DNA of 64,000 nt from Dendrobates tinctorius. Lineage: Eukaryota. The notes under the pieces were generated by a model that was not told the origin of the DNA, did no database searches, and saw only the letters and a program-made list of their open reading frames with translations. Shown piece by piece: positions 47,201-58,293 of the stretch (positions are counted from its first letter, which is position 1; every line of letters begins with the position of its first letter). The DNA lies in NCBI RefSeq assembly GCF_039654945.1, contig NW_027361804.1, positions 7,316,001 through 7,380,000 on the forward strand, read 5' to 3'. The position numbers were made by a program, and so were the translations under genes.

Positions 47201-49805
47201 AAAGGTACAGTGCACTTTTGGGCCTCAGCTGAGAGTGATGCTATTTGCTATAAAGCTGACAACTCACAACCCTTTGCCTACGTTTTGACTGTTATTACCA
47301 AAGGCTGAGAAGTGGAGCAGCACCCAGGAGATCTACAATAGGAGCCTCCACGACACTCACCCAGGATGACCGGCCGCCGCAGATAGACCAGTGCGATGTC
47401 GTAACTCCTACTTCCATCGTGCTTGTACTCTGGATGCAGCTTCACCTCAGACACGGGGATTTCTTGCTGCTCAGGGTCCACGTTGCTCTGGTCGTACTCT
47501 CCAGCGACCACCAACAAGTGTTGGACTTTGTTACTGGAAATAAGAAATGATGGGAGTTGAATGTGGACATGATCTACAGGGCGACGGCACAGCCCGGCTA
47601 TGCTATCATTCTATAATGGAGGCATTGGGGCCGAGGAGGACGACCGCGTGTGGGCACTGGTAATGATGAGGGTGACTAAGGTGCTGATGGCCACCTAAAG
47701 GGACTATGAAAGTCGCATATAGGGACTAGGGTCTGGAGGATTATCATCCTATAGGAACTGGGGTAGATGACAATGATGGCCGCCTATAGAGGTAAAAGTT
47801 AATTGTGATGATGACCTCCTACATTTCCTGATGCAAATGATGGTCCTTTATGGGCCCAGAAGACCTCGACGGTCCCCTTTCGGGCCCAGAAGACCTCGAC
47901 GGTCCCCTTTCGGGCCCAGAAGACCTCGACGGTCCCCTTTCGGGCCCAGAAGACCTCGACGGTCCCCTTTCGGGCCCAGAAGACCTCGACGGTCCCCTTT
48001 CGGGCCCAGAAGACCTCGACGGTCCCCTTTCGGGCCCAGAAGACCTCGACGGTCCCCTTTCGGGCCCAGAAGACCTCGACGGTCCCCTTTCGGGCCCAGA
48101 AGTCTGTGGAGTCACCTTTGATCTCGACGTTTGCCTGATACTCACTTATCTGCAGGATACACACAGTGAGCGGCGGTCACCACCAGGTTTCTCTCTACAA
48201 TAGCTCCCCCGCAGATGTGTCTTTCATAAAACTTTATTGACACCTGGATAAGAAAACAACACAATATCTGATTTTCCACAGTTTCCTTTTTGTAGCTGAA
48301 ATGTTTATTGCATATTTCTTTAAAATTAGTTTTGATGCAGATTTGGCTGTGACTGGAGTGTAATGTGCTCATTTCCTACATATCATGGGAACACCCTTGT
48401 GTTTACTCTTACAGTCCAAGGCTGTCCACCAATCGGGGCGTCCGCTCCCCCGACGATACGCGAGCTCGCTTGTATCAGGTTTACCATTTTCCTCAAGGGT
48501 GGAATGCCGCACTTCATCCCTGGGAAGAATAAGTAGTAAAAAAAAAAAAGCACTTAAGGGTGTGAGTACTTATGCAACATTATAATTGCTCCAAAGTGAG
48601 TAAAATCTTTAAAAAAAAAAAAAAAAAAATTTGCAAACAGCCATAATAAGATATTCCCTAATGTTTTCTGCATGTAGCTCCTGTACAGACCAATGTTTCC
48701 ATCAGTCTCCACAACGCGCAGGGATTGTTTTCTGTCCCCAGACAACTATAATCTGCACAGGAGCTGCATACACAAAACGGTCCAATCTATGAAATTATAC
48801 AGCTAGTTCACCTGCAGGGTAAATGTAACAAGAAAGGCACGGGGGAAAAAAAAAAAGGGAGCCTCAAATTATTATTTTTTTTTTTTGGTCCTCTAGCGTT
48901 TCCCAAAAGATTGAATAAAAAGTGATATAAACAACGTAGGTAGACNNNNNNNNNNNNNNNNNNNNNNNNNNNNNNNNNNNNNNNNNNNNNNNNNNNNNNN
49001 NNNNNNNNNNNNNNNNNNNNNNNNNNNNNNNNNNNNNNNNNNNNNNNNNNNNNNNNNNNNNNNNNNNNNNNNNNNNNNNNNNTTTCGCCGCCTCCTGCTT
49101 CTGCAGGGACCACGGAGCGTCCTGCACCGGATCCAGGTAGGTGAATATAATTGAGTTAATTACTTTTATCATATCTCTGGGAAAAGATTTATTATACCCC
49201 AAAAATCTCTTTAAGGGGTTAACGGTGTCGGCAATATCATTAGTCCTAAACAAAGAGGCAGTCCCTGCATGTGTTGTGGCTGTTGACCATTTTTTTCGAG
49301 CACGCCGAAAATACTCGTTTAAGACATGAGCGACCTAATCGAAGCACGCTCGCTCATCGCTAGCGGTAATTCATACCTTCCTCCATCAGGGGGCACCACT
49401 TGAAAATACAGCAGAATTTACCATTGCCCCTTAGATGGGCACCGGCCCGTTGCCCCTTACCCAACTAGTATACAAAAATTAGAAACCATCTGACCTGCGG
49501 TTCTTGGCGATCCGGACCATCTCTTTGCTATGACCGGAGAGGACGGGGATACATCTGTGATACCTGCACATAACACCAGGATATATATATATATATATAT
49601 ACACACACACTATACCGTACACACAGACCCGATCGCCACCCATTGAGGAGGCCTGAGGGTCCCACCACAAGGTGAAGAAGGGTTAACTCAAAGTGTAAAC
49701 TTCTAACCTACAAACTAGGAATCCTGGAAGATAAATACAGAAAGACCCCTAGGTCTCACCCGAGGACAGACGTAGGACCAGTAATAACCAGACACACAGA
49801 GCCAT
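17086..49805 (-). CDS. ovch1: Ovochymase polyprotease (signal peptide, protease1, CUB1-2, protease2, CUB3-5, protease3), ~32 exons
   Basis: Exons with AG/GT and consistent phase: 49760-49805, 49100-(gap), 48146-48243, 47361-47533, 47080-47175, 46674-46825, 46182-46374, 44915-45005, 44570-44694, 44051-44191, 43841-43971, 43492-43585, 42179-42307, 41330-41507, 40970-41042, 40686-40881, 39267-39412, 39026-39182, 38869-38949, 38467-38694, 38115-38255, 37889-38021, 37300-37439, 36938-37072, 34950-34985, 34501-34725, 33992-34105, 33584-33812, 33028-33191, 32353-32448, 22933-23066, 17086-17241. Three TAAHC/DxDxxL/GDSGGP triads; architecture matches Xenopus pro-ovochymase. Confidence 0.9.
17546..22425 (+). 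repeat. 32-bp minisatellite (~150 copies) GGATGGGGGACATTATACAAGGAAAAGGCCAT in the last ovch1 intron
   Basis: Direct periodicity; variant units with an extra GGATGGGGGACAT; followed by a hAT-like end ...CTAGTCATGCCACTG at ~22562. Confidence 0.97.
22933..23066 (-). CDS. ovch1: ovch1 penultimate exon
   Basis: [44 protein letters not shown] with AG/GT boundaries. Confidence 0.88.
24160..24958. mobile_element. Solo LTR (Gypsy/BEL-like, ~800 bp); its final base lies at 32296, after the ERV
   Basis: TGTCACAA...TTGTGAC[ERV]TGACA; 5-bp TSD AAAAG at 24155-59 and 32297-301; three internal ~50-bp repeats at 24735-24875. Confidence 0.75.
24959..25351 (+). repeat. ERV 5' LTR (393 bp)
   Basis: TGATAGG...CCCGACA; TATAAAA at 25171; no difference seen versus the 3' LTR. 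Confidence 0.95.
25358..25376 (+). promoter_or_regulatory. Primer-binding site, tRNA-Lys(UUU)-type
   Basis: TGGCGCCCGAAACAGGGAC versus canonical TGGCGCCCGAACAGGGAC (one extra A). Confidence 0.85.
26035..26184 (+). CDS. Small pre-gag ORF, 49 aa, single predicted TM helix
   Basis: [49 protein letters not shown]. Confidence 0.4.
   Translation: MTEEPRQMDTLFTILCVVGVFLFGCYIAYKYTKHVVHRGTDTPFSLLAP
26299..28245 (+). pseudogene. gag: ERV gag, disrupted
   Basis: MGNSQG myristoylation-type start at 26299; capsid-like segments [32 protein letters not shown]; stops and frameshifts. Confidence 0.75.
28246..30119 (+). pseudogene. pol: ERV pol remnant: RT tether, RNase H and integrase; PR and RT polymerase deleted
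   Basis: LNPATLLP; [19 protein letters not shown]; HHCC (H.PNH...CLIC); QID / ESDRGTHF / SGKVERMNG; GPY; several frameshifts. Confidence 0.9.
30129..31638 (+). CDS. env: ERV env (gamma-type), one frameshift after the signal peptide; 464-aa open body
   Basis: Signal [16 protein letters not shown] at 30129 is in a different frame; CWIC; LYKR cleavage-like site; [15 protein letters not shown]; CX6CC; TM helix. Confidence 0.85.
31888..31898 (+). promoter_or_regulatory. Polypurine tract
   Basis: AAAGGGGGGAA directly before the 3' LTR. Confidence 0.85.
31899..32291 (+). repeat. ERV 3' LTR (393 bp)
   Basis: Copy of the 5' LTR, followed by TSD TGAC. Confidence 0.95.
32353..33812 (-). CDS. ovch1: ovch1 protease domain 3, N-terminal exons
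   Basis: PRVVGG...SWPW...TAAHC; DYDLCLL; ICLP...AGWG. Confidence 0.9.
33992..38949 (-). CDS. ovch1: ovch1 linker and CUB3-CUB5 exons
   Basis: SPGFPYGY...CSWII; SPGYP.NEYP..; CEWRIIAP; SPGYPVTY...CRWII...CTWDFL. Confidence 0.85.
34295..34402. mobile_element. Palindromic MITE remnant carrying CCACTAGGGGGAGCT motifs
   Basis: CCACTAGGGGGAGCT ... AGCTCGCCTAGTGG inverted pair; similar copy at 44310-44395. Confidence 0.55.
35090..36780 (+). repeat. 36-bp minisatellite (~47 copies; 26-bp variant) TATATTGTGTAGGGTACGGCCACACGGTAACGGCTT
   Basis: Direct periodicity, very homogeneous. Confidence 0.97.
39026..41507 (-). CDS. ovch1: ovch1 protease domain 2 exons (trypsin-like)
   Basis: SRIVGG...WPWQ...TAAHC; DYDLAL; KDACQ|GDSGGPLVC; GVYTRV. 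Confidence 0.9.
39855..40340. mobile_element. Probable solo LTR
   Basis: TGTGACA...TGTGACA ends; flanks AACAC/AATAC (4/5 TSD). Confidence 0.45.
41080..41310 (+). repeat. ~65-bp tandem repeat x3
   Basis: CCCCCGATCTGCTCCATTACTATGTATAGTGATCAACATGGCCACCCTACACC units. Confidence 0.8.
42179..45005 (-). CDS. ovch1: ovch1 CUB1 and CUB2 exons
   Basis: YSNNS|QCRWTI; K.CGS...[11 protein letters not shown]; [11 protein letters not shown]; CEYDHV; F.SD..GN..GF. Confidence 0.85.
42385..43480 (-). repeat. 57-bp minisatellite (~19 copies) with CTCF-like motif, reverse orientation
   Basis: CAGGGAGCTCCCCCTAGTGGTGGCTGCAGACAGGATCTTATCATGTATCTCTGTATA; 54-bp and 52-bp variants. Confidence 0.95.
45140..46008 (+). 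repeat. 57-bp minisatellite (~15 copies) with CTCF-like motif, forward orientation
   Basis: Reverse complement of the 42385-43480 unit: CTGCAGCCACCACTAGGGGGAGCTCCCTGTATACAGAGATACATGATAAGATCCTGT. Confidence 0.95.
46182..48243 (-). CDS. ovch1: ovch1 protease domain 1 exons (trypsin-like, S1 Asp)
   Basis: HICGG...TAAHC; SYDIALV; DACQ|GDSGGPLVC. Confidence 0.9.
47852..48102 (+). repeat. 30-bp perfect tandem repeat x8 GGGCCCAGAAGACCTCGACGGTCCCCTTTC
   Basis: Direct periodicity. Confidence 0.95.
48946..49082. other. N-gap (137 nt) covering most of ovch1 exon 2
   Basis: Run of n; exon 2 begins at 49100 (EAGGGE...) and runs into it. Confidence 0.95.
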
Positions 49806-49967
49806 GGACTCCACAGCCAGAAGTCCTCCAGGAACCAGCGGAGCCTCCAGGATAATCAGCCGCTCGGTCCATGGAGATTGCAGACAGGTGGAGAAGTCCA
49901 AACCAAGGAGCGGAACCCAGGGATGAAGCAAGGTCCAGTCCGGAAAATGTGTCATACTCAACGTCTG

Positions 49968-49998
49968 CCAGTAGGGGGCGTCGTGGAGAGCGATATAT
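49968..49998. promoter_or_regulatory. Putative ovch1 promoter elements: CTCF-like CCAGTAGGGGGCG and TATA-like TATATA
   Basis: ~165-190 nt upstream of the signal-peptide ATG (49805). Confidence 0.35.
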
Positions 49999-50678
49999 AC
50001 AGGATATAGATGTGTAATAAGGGGGGGGTCACTAATGTATAATAACTATAGAAATGTAGGAAAGTAACGTAACAGTAATGAGCGAGCGCTAAAATGGTAC
50101 TCGAATTCGAGAGGGTCGGACGGGCGCAACTCGAGTGCCGAGCATAATGGAAGTCAATGAGAACCTCGAACTCTAAGAAAATGGCTGAAATGGATGGAAA
50201 CGGGGGCGACCCCAGGACGCATCTCTGACTCTGAGGTCTCTGCTGGGGACAGTGTCAGAGGATTGCGCCACTTTTACGGACTGACGATAAAACATAAAAA
50301 AGAAGATAAAATAGATTTTACAGGAAAAAAATGTCATTAAACGTTCTGTATAATGACTAGTATAGAAGGCAAACTAAAGAGAAAAAACCCCTTCCTCCTC
50401 CTTCACCCCTCACTAGCCGGCCGCCTCTCCCCGTACTTCCCCCATGACCACAGTAGATGACATAGTAGAGGGGGACCTACCAGTGCACCCCCCGGCAGCC
50501 ATCGGTAGATGTAATTTTACCATATTACTCCCTTATCTGGGCTGTGGTGTGTGTGACATGGTCAGACACTCCCTGTGTAATGTATGGAGGGCGGACTCTG
50601 AGACTGACGAAGCCTACGGGGACAATGTGAGAACTGCCAAATATTAGAAGGAGGAGGGTCCCGAAGCACCCCGTATTA

Positions 50679-50740
50679 GGCCACGGTCACACGGTCATTA
50701 TGAGACGTGGTGAACAAATACTGACCGTGTGAACGTGGCC
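50679..50740. mobile_element. 62-bp Harbinger-type micro-MITE
   Basis: GGCCACGGTCACACGGTCA / TGACCGTGTGAACGTGGCC (18/19 inverted match); TTA/CTA flanks. Confidence 0.6.
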
Positions 50741-52549
50741 CTAGACATGATGGAGGCCTCATACACATCCTGATACAACTGTTAGATAGTGGGACTCCTA
50801 GACTGGTAAAGCCTACGCACTAAGTGCAAGGGTCGAAAACATTTACCCCTGGTGGAGTATACATATATACAGTATCTGTAAGAGAATTGTTAAGGTAGGC
50901 CTCATACACACCCTGGAAAATAAGTGAGGGTCGAGTGTTTACCTTCTAAAAATTTTGAGCGAGGGCCTAAGGGCGGAGTCAGATTAAACGTATGCAAAAT
51001 CGGTCTGAGCCTGGGAAATCTGATGCAATTTCCAGTCAGCAGGAAAATGTGTGCATGTTTGTTGCAAGCTATGGGCCATGGGGTGCATTATACTGTATAG
51101 GCCATGGGGTGCATTATACTGTATGGACTATGGGGTGCATTATACTGTATGGGCCATGGGGTTCATTATACTGTATGGGCCATGGGGTGCATTATACTGT
51201 ATGGACTATGGGGCGCATTATACTGTATGGGCCATGGGGTGCATTATACTGTATGGGCCATGGGGTGCATTATACTGTATGGACTATGGGGTGCATTATA
51301 CTGTATGGGCCATGGGGTGCATTATACTGTATGGACTATGGGGTGCATTATACTGTATGGACTATGGGGTACATTATACTGTATGGGCCATGGGGTGCAT
51401 TATACTGTATGGGCCATGGGGTGCATTATACTGTATGGACTATGGGGCGCATTATACTGTATGGGCCATGGGGTGCATTATACTGTATGGGCCATGGGGT
51501 GCATCATACTGTATGGGCCATGGGGTGCATCATACTGTATGGGCCATGGGGTGCATTATACTGTATGGGTCATGGGGTGCATTATACTGTATGGACTATG
51601 GGGTGCATTATACTGTATGGGCCATGGGGTGCATTATACTGTATGGGCCATGGGGTGCATTATACTATATGGACTATGGGGTGCATTATACTGTATGGGC
51701 CATGGGGTGCATTATACTGTATGGGCCATAGGGTGCATTATACTGTATGGGCCATGGGGTGCATTATACTGTATGGACTATGGGGTGCATTATACTGTAT
51801 GGGCCATGGGGTGCATTATACTGTATGGGCCATGGGGTGCATTATACTGTATGGACTATGGGGTGCATTATACTGTATGGTCCATGGGGTGCATTATACT
51901 GTATGGGTCATGGGGTGCATTATACTGTATGGGTCATGGGGTGCATTATACTGTATGGGTCATGGGGTGCATTATACTGTATGGACTATGGGGTGCATTA
52001 TACTGTATGGGCCATGGGGTGCATTATACTGTATGGGCCATGGGGTGCATTATACTGTACGGGTCATGGGGTGCATTATACTGTATGCGCCATGGGGTGC
52101 ATTATACTGTATGGGCCATGGGGTGCATTATACTGTATGGACTATGGGGTGCATTATACTGTATGGGCCATGGGGTGCATTATACTGTATGGGTCATGGG
52201 GTGCATTCTAAAGTATGGTCCATGGGGTGCATTATACTGTATAGACTATGGGGTGCATTATACTGTATGGGCTATGGGGTGCATTATAATGTACGGGCCA
52301 TGGGGTGCATTATACTGTATGGACTATGGGGTGTATTATATTGTATGGACTATGGGGTGCATTATACTGTATGGGCCATGGGGTGCATTATACTGTATGG
52401 GCTATGGGGTGCATTATACTGTATGGACTATGGGGTGCATTATACTGTATGGTCTATGAGGTGCATTATACTTTATGGAGGACTGTGGGGTGCACTATAC
52501 TGCATCGGTTATGGGGTGCATTATACTGCATGGGATATGGGGTGCATTA

Positions 52550-53770
52550 CACTCACTGGCCACTTTATTAGGTACACCTGTCCAACTGTGTGTTAAGACT
52601 TAATTTCTAATCAGCCAATCACATGGCGGCAACTCAGTGCATTTAGGCATGTAGACATGGTCAAGACAATCTCCTGCAGTTCAAACCGAGCATCAGTATG
52701 GGGAAGAAAGGTGATTTGAGTGCCTTTGAACGTGGCATGATTGTTGGTGCCAGAAGGGCTGGTCTGAGAATTTCAGAAACTGCTGATCTACTGGGATTTT
52801 CACGCACAACCATCTCTAGGGTTTACAGAGAATGGTCCGAAAAAGAAAAAAAATCCAGTGAGCGGCAGTTCTGTGGCCGGAAATGCCATGTTGATGCCAG
52901 AGGTCAGAGGAGAATGGGCAGACTGGTTCGAGCTGATAGAAAGGCAACAGTGACTCAAATTGCCACCCGTTACAACCAAGGTAGGCAGAAGAGCATCTCT
53001 GAACGCACAGTGCGTCGAACTTTGAGGCAGATGGGCTACAGCAGCAGAAGACCACACTGGGTACCACTCCTCTCAGCTAAGAACAGGAAACTGAGGCTAC
53101 AATTTGCACAAGCTCATCGAAATTGGACAGTAGAAGATTGGAAAAACGTTGCCTGGTCTGATGAGTCTCGATTTCTGCTGCGACATTCGGATGGTAGGGT
53201 CAGAATTTGGCGTAAACAACATGAAAGCATGGATCCATCCTGCCTTGTATCAACGGTTCAGGCTGGTGGTGGTGGTGTCATGGTGTGGGGAATTTTTTCT
53301 GGGCACTCTTTCGGCCCCTTGGTACCAATTGAGCATCGTTGCAACGCCACAGCCTACCTGAGTATTGTTGCTGACCATGTCCATCCCTTTATGACCACAA
53401 TGTACCCAACATCTGATGGCTACTTTCAGCAGGATAATGCGCCATGTCATAAAGCTCGAATCATCTCAGATTGGTTTCTTGAACATGACAATGAGTTTAC
53501 TGTACTCAAATGGCCTCCTCAGTCACCAGATCTCAATCCAATAGAGCATCTTTGGGATGTGGTGGAACGGGAGATTCGCATCAGGGATGTGCAGCCAACA
53601 AATCTGCGCCAACTGTGTGATGCCATCATGTCAATATGGTCCAAAATCTCTGAGGAATGCTTCCAGCACCTTGTTGAATCTCTGCCACGAAGAATTGAGG
53701 CAGTTCTGAAGGCAAAAGGGGGTCCAACCCCTTACTAGCATGGTGTACCTAATAAAGTGGCCAGTGAGTG
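52550..53770 (+). mobile_element. Full-length Tc1/mariner DD36E (Incomer-type) transposon, 1221 bp
   Basis: Perfect 29-bp TIRs CACTCACTGGCCACTTTATTAGGTACACC; TA TSD at 52548-49 and 53771-72. Confidence 0.95.
52698..53738 (+). CDS. Intact DD36E transposase, 346 aa
   Basis: HTH N-terminus; [19 protein letters not shown]; 36 residues between the second D and E. Confidence 0.93.
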   Translation: MGKKGDLSAFERGMIVGARRAGLRISETADLLGFSRTTISRVYREWSEKEKKSSERQFCGRKCHVDARGQRRMGRLVRADRKATVTQIATRYNQGRQKSISERTVRRTLRQMGYSSRRPHWVPLLSAKNRKLRLQFAQAHRNWTVEDWKNVAWSDESRFLLRHSDGRVRIWRKQHESMDPSCLVSTVQAGGGGVMVWGIFSGHSFGPLVPIEHRCNATAYLSIVADHVHPFMTTMYPTSDGYFQQDNAPCHKARIISDWFLEHDNEFTVLKWPPQSPDLNPIEHLWDVVEREIRIRDVQPTNLRQLCDAIMSIWSKISEECFQHLVESLPRRIEAVLKAKGGPTPY

Positions 53771-55841
53771 TATACTGTATGGACAATGAGGTGGATTATA
53801 CTGCATGGGCTATGCGGTGCATTGTATTATATGGGTTATGTGGTGCATTATACTGTATGGAAAAAGGGGTGCATTATACTGTATGGGCCATGGGGTGCAT
53901 TATAAAGTATGGCCCATGGGGTGCATTTTACTGTATAGACTATGGGGTGCATTAGACTGTATGGGCCATGGGGTGCATTATACTGTATGGGCCATGGGGT
54001 GCATTATACTGTATGGACTATGGGGTGCATTATACTGTATGGGCCATCGGGTGCATTATACTGTATGGGCCATGTGGTGCATTATACTGTATGGGCCATG
54101 GGGCGCATTATACTGTATAGGCTATGGGGTGCATTATACTGTATAGACTATGGGGTGCATTATACTGTATGGGCCATGGGGTGCATTATACTCTATGGGC
54201 CATGGGGTGCATTATACTGTATGGGCCATGGGGTGCATTATACTATATAGACTATGGGGTGCATTATATTGTATGGACTATGGGGTGCATTATACTGTAT
54301 GGGCCATGGGGTGCATTATACTGTATGGGCTATGGGGTGCATTATACTGTATGGACTATGGGGTGCATTATACTGTATGGACAATGAGGTGGATTATACT
54401 GCATGGGCTATGCGGTGCATTGTATTATATGGGTTATGTGGTGCATTATACTGTATGGAAAAAGGGGTGCATTATACTGTATGGGCCATGGGGTGCATTA
54501 TAAAGTATGGCCCATGGGGTGCATTTTACTGTATAGACTATGGGGTGCATTAGACTGTATGGGCCATGGGGTGCATTATACTGTATGGGCCATGGGGTGC
54601 ATTATACTGTATGGACTATGGGGTGCATTATACTGTATGGGCCATCGGGTGCATTATACTGTATGGGCCATGGGGTGCATTATACTGTATGGGCCATGGG
54701 GCGCATTATACTGTATAGGCTATGGGGTGCATTATACTGTATAGACTATGGGGTGCATTATACTGTATGGGCCATGGGGTGCATTATACTCTATGGGCCA
54801 TGGGGTGCATTATACTGTATGGGCCATGGGGTGCATTATACTATATAGACTATGGGGTGCATTATATTGTATGGACTATGGGGTGCATTATACTGTATGG
54901 GCCATGGGGTGCATTATACTGTATGGGCTATGGGGTGCATTATACTGTATGGACTATGGGGTGCATTATACTGTATGGTCTATGAGGTGCATTATACTTT
55001 ATGGAGGACTGTGGGGTGCATTATACTGCATCGGTTATGGGGTGCATTATACTGCATGGGCTATGGGGTGCATTATACTGTATGGACAATGAGGTGGATT
55101 ATACTGCATGGGCTATGGGGTGCATTATACTGTATGGACAATGAGGTGGATTATACTGCATGGGCTATGGGGTGCATTGTATTATATGGGTTATGTGGTG
55201 CATTATACTGTATGGGCTATGGGATGCATTATACAATATGGGTTATGTGGTGCATTATACTTTATGGACTATGGGGTGCATTATACTGTATGGACTATGG
55301 GATGCATTATACTTTATGGATTATGGGATGCATTATACTGTAAAAACTAAGTGGTGAATTATACTGTATGGATTATGGAGTGCATTATACTATATGGACT
55401 GTGGGGTGCATTATGCTGTATGTAGGACTATGTGGGGGTTATTATAATATTTGGAGGGCTGTTTGGGAGCCTTTAAACTGTATGTAAGCAATTGTACAGT
55501 GTGAAGGTTTGTGTGGGGTCCATTATACTGTGTGGAAGGCTGTGAAGGGGATACTATACAGTGTAGGACCATTATATTGTGTTTAGGCCCATTATACTGC
55601 ATGGAGGGCTGTGTAGCGGTCACAGTTGGGGGATCATACTGTGTTGGAGTCATCATACTTTTTTGGGGCAGTTTACGGTGGGGTACCGTAGGGTCATCAT
55701 ACTGAGCGTGTAGAGGAATTCACTGTGGATGTATCTTAGTGTTTGTGGGGCACTTTTATTGACATCATACTTTGAGTGCAATGAAAGGAAAATCTAGGGC
55801 TCCAGTAGGAGGAATATTAGACAGCACACAGTACCACACAG

Positions 55842-56312
55842 CAGGTGCAGTAATAGGGACACATACAGCAGCAGCGTCTCAGCATTGGGGTATCAGGTGC
55901 AGTAATAGGGACACATACGGCAGCAGCGTCTCAGCATTGAGGTATCAGGTGCAGTAAAAGGGACACATACGGCAGCAGCAGCTCAGTATTGGGGTATCGG
56001 GTGCAGTTATAGGGACACATACAGCAGCAGTGTCTCAGCATTGAGGTATCAGGTGCAGTAAAAGGGACACATACAGCAGCAGCGTCTCAGCATTGGGGTA
56101 TCAGGTGCAGTAATAGGGACACATACGGCAGCAGCTTCTCAGCATTGAGGTATCAGGTGCAGTAAAAGGGACACATACGGCAGCAGCGGCTCAGTATTGG
56201 GGTATCGGGTGCAGTTATAGGGACACATACGGCAGCAGCGGCTCAGTATTGGGGTATCAGGTGCAGTAATAGGGGCACATACGGCAGCAGCGGCTCAGCA
56301 TTGGGGTATCAG
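55842..56312 (+). repeat. 52-bp tandem repeat x~9
   Basis: GCAGCAGCGTCTCAGCATTGGGGTATCAGGTGCAGTAATAGGGACACATACG units. Confidence 0.9.
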
Positions 56313-56874
56313 CAGGATTAGGAGTTTGTGCAGGTTGGGGATAGATGAAGACGGGACTGGAAATGTGATAAGTCAGATGCATGGGCGGACATACCACCTG
56401 TGCAGCTGCACCAGGGCCCAGAGGCTCCAAGGGGCCACTGTAGGGCGGCTAATAAAGAGGGCAATCTGGCCGGTTTCTCCGGGTCCGAGGCTCCGGGGGG
56501 TCCCTGGCCAGATTGCCCTGATGTGCAGTGGGCAGGGAGCGATCCCAGCAGTTCTACTGCCGCTGCCTACAGGAGAAAATAGCAGCAGAGCGGAGCTGCA
56601 AGGATCTGTCCTGCTTCCTGCCCGGCGCCCGCGCCTCCTGTCTTTGACACAGACAGCAGCGCCACTGGATGACGTCATCATTCAGCGGCTGGCTGTGCCA
56701 GAGAGAGGAAGCAGCCGGAGGCGGTGATGCTGTGGCTGCGGGAGAGCGTGTGGACAGGTGAGAGGTGCTGTGTGTTTTTTTGTATGTACGTGTGTTGTGT
56801 GTGTGTGCATGTGTAGCGCTGCGGGGGAATGTGCAGAGAGGTGAATGGTACTGTGTGTGTGTGTGTGTGTAGGT

Positions 56875-57690
56875 GGAGAAAAGGGCAATGACGGGGGTGA
56901 TGGGGAGAAGGAAATGATGGGGGTGATGGGGAGAAGGTAATGATGGGGAGAAGGCAATGATGGGGGTGATGGGAAAAAGGCAATGATGGGGGTGATGGAG
57001 AAGGCAATGATGGGGGTGATGGAGAAGGCAATGATGGGGGTGATGGGGAGAAGGCAATTATGAGGATGGTTGTGGAGGAGGAAATGATGGAAGTGGTGGA
57101 ATGGGCAAGAATGGGAATGTGAGGGAGGAGGAAATCATGGAGGTGGTGGAAAGGGCAATGATGAGGGTGGGTGAGAAGGCAATGATGGAGATAGGGGAGA
57201 AAGGAATGATGGTGATAGTGGAAAAGACAAATGATGGGAGTGGTGGGGAAGGAGGCAATGATGGGGGTGGTGGAGAAGGCAGTGATGGAGGTGGTGGAAA
57301 GGGCAATGATGGGGTGATGGAGGGCAATGATGGGGTGGTAGGGGAGAAGGCAATGATGGAGGTGGTGGAAGGGCAATGATGGGGGTGAGGAGAGGCCAAT
57401 GATGGGGTGCAGGGGGAGAAGGCAATGATGGAGGTGGTGGAATGGGCAATGATGGCTTGGTAGGGGAAAAAACGATGATGGTGGTGGAAAGGGCAATAAT
57501 GGGGGTGGTGAGGAGGAGGAAATGGTGGAGGTGGTGGAATGAGCAATGATGAGGTGGCAGTGGAGAAAGCAATGATGGAGGTGGTGAAGAGGGCAATGAT
57601 GGGGTGGGAGAGAGGACAATAATGGGATGTGGGGGGAGGAAGACAATGAGTGGTGTGGGGGATCGGGATGGGAGGAAGGGGGACTTATAA
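56875..57690 (+). repeat. Degenerate G/A-rich repeat (GGCAATGATGGAGGTGGTGGAA-like)
   Basis: Low-complexity purine-rich tandem units. Confidence 0.8.
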
Positions 57691-58253
57691 TGGACTTAGG
57701 AACAGGGGGAGTTGACATTATTATCGCTTATAATGTCTAACACAGTCCCTTAGTATATAGTGTACTCACTAATTCTGTTTAACACCATCCTTAGTTACAT
57801 GGTTTCCTCTTTTATTATGTATAACACTGTCCCTTATTACGTTCCATCCTCTCTAGTTATATATGGTGCCGTCCCTTATTATATAGTTTCCACTGCTGTT
57901 ATGTATTTTGTTGTCTCTTACATAGTGTATTCTTGTTATCTTTGTTATTCACAGCGCCCTCTTTTATTACATAGTCCCCTCTCTTTTTAGATATAAAATG
58001 ACTGCTGATGGAAGAGTCGGTGACCAGACATCCAGTCCATCCGCTCCTCCATTAGAAAGGAAGCTTTCCCATGCTCCATCAGCCATCAACGCATTATACA
58101 GCTAACAAGACAGGATGGTATGTAATAAAAAAACAGGGCTCTATATAATCCAAAATGTAGGGGACGGTACTGTACATAACAAGAGAGGGCACCGTATAAG
58201 GCAATATACATAAAAGGAGACTATGCAATATATATACAAGTATGTTTGTGTGG

Positions 58254-58254
<1 letters not shown>

Positions 58255-58292
<38 letters not shown>
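58255..58292. repeat. (TA)n microsatellite
   Basis: Visible run. Confidence 0.9.

Positions 58293-58293
<1 letters not shown>

Larger units (their letters stand above)
51070..55420 (+). repeat. 26-bp minisatellite GGCCATGGGGTGCATTATACTGTATG, interrupted by a Tc1 element
   Basis: Direct periodicity, degenerating to the right. Confidence 0.96.

Noticed and set aside
50992-55357. Cys/Gly/Tyr-rich keratin-associated-like ORFs
   Set aside because: Artefacts of the 26-bp repeat, open in every frame.
56554-57718. Pro/His-rich ORFs
   Set aside because: Low-complexity repeat inside a MITE.
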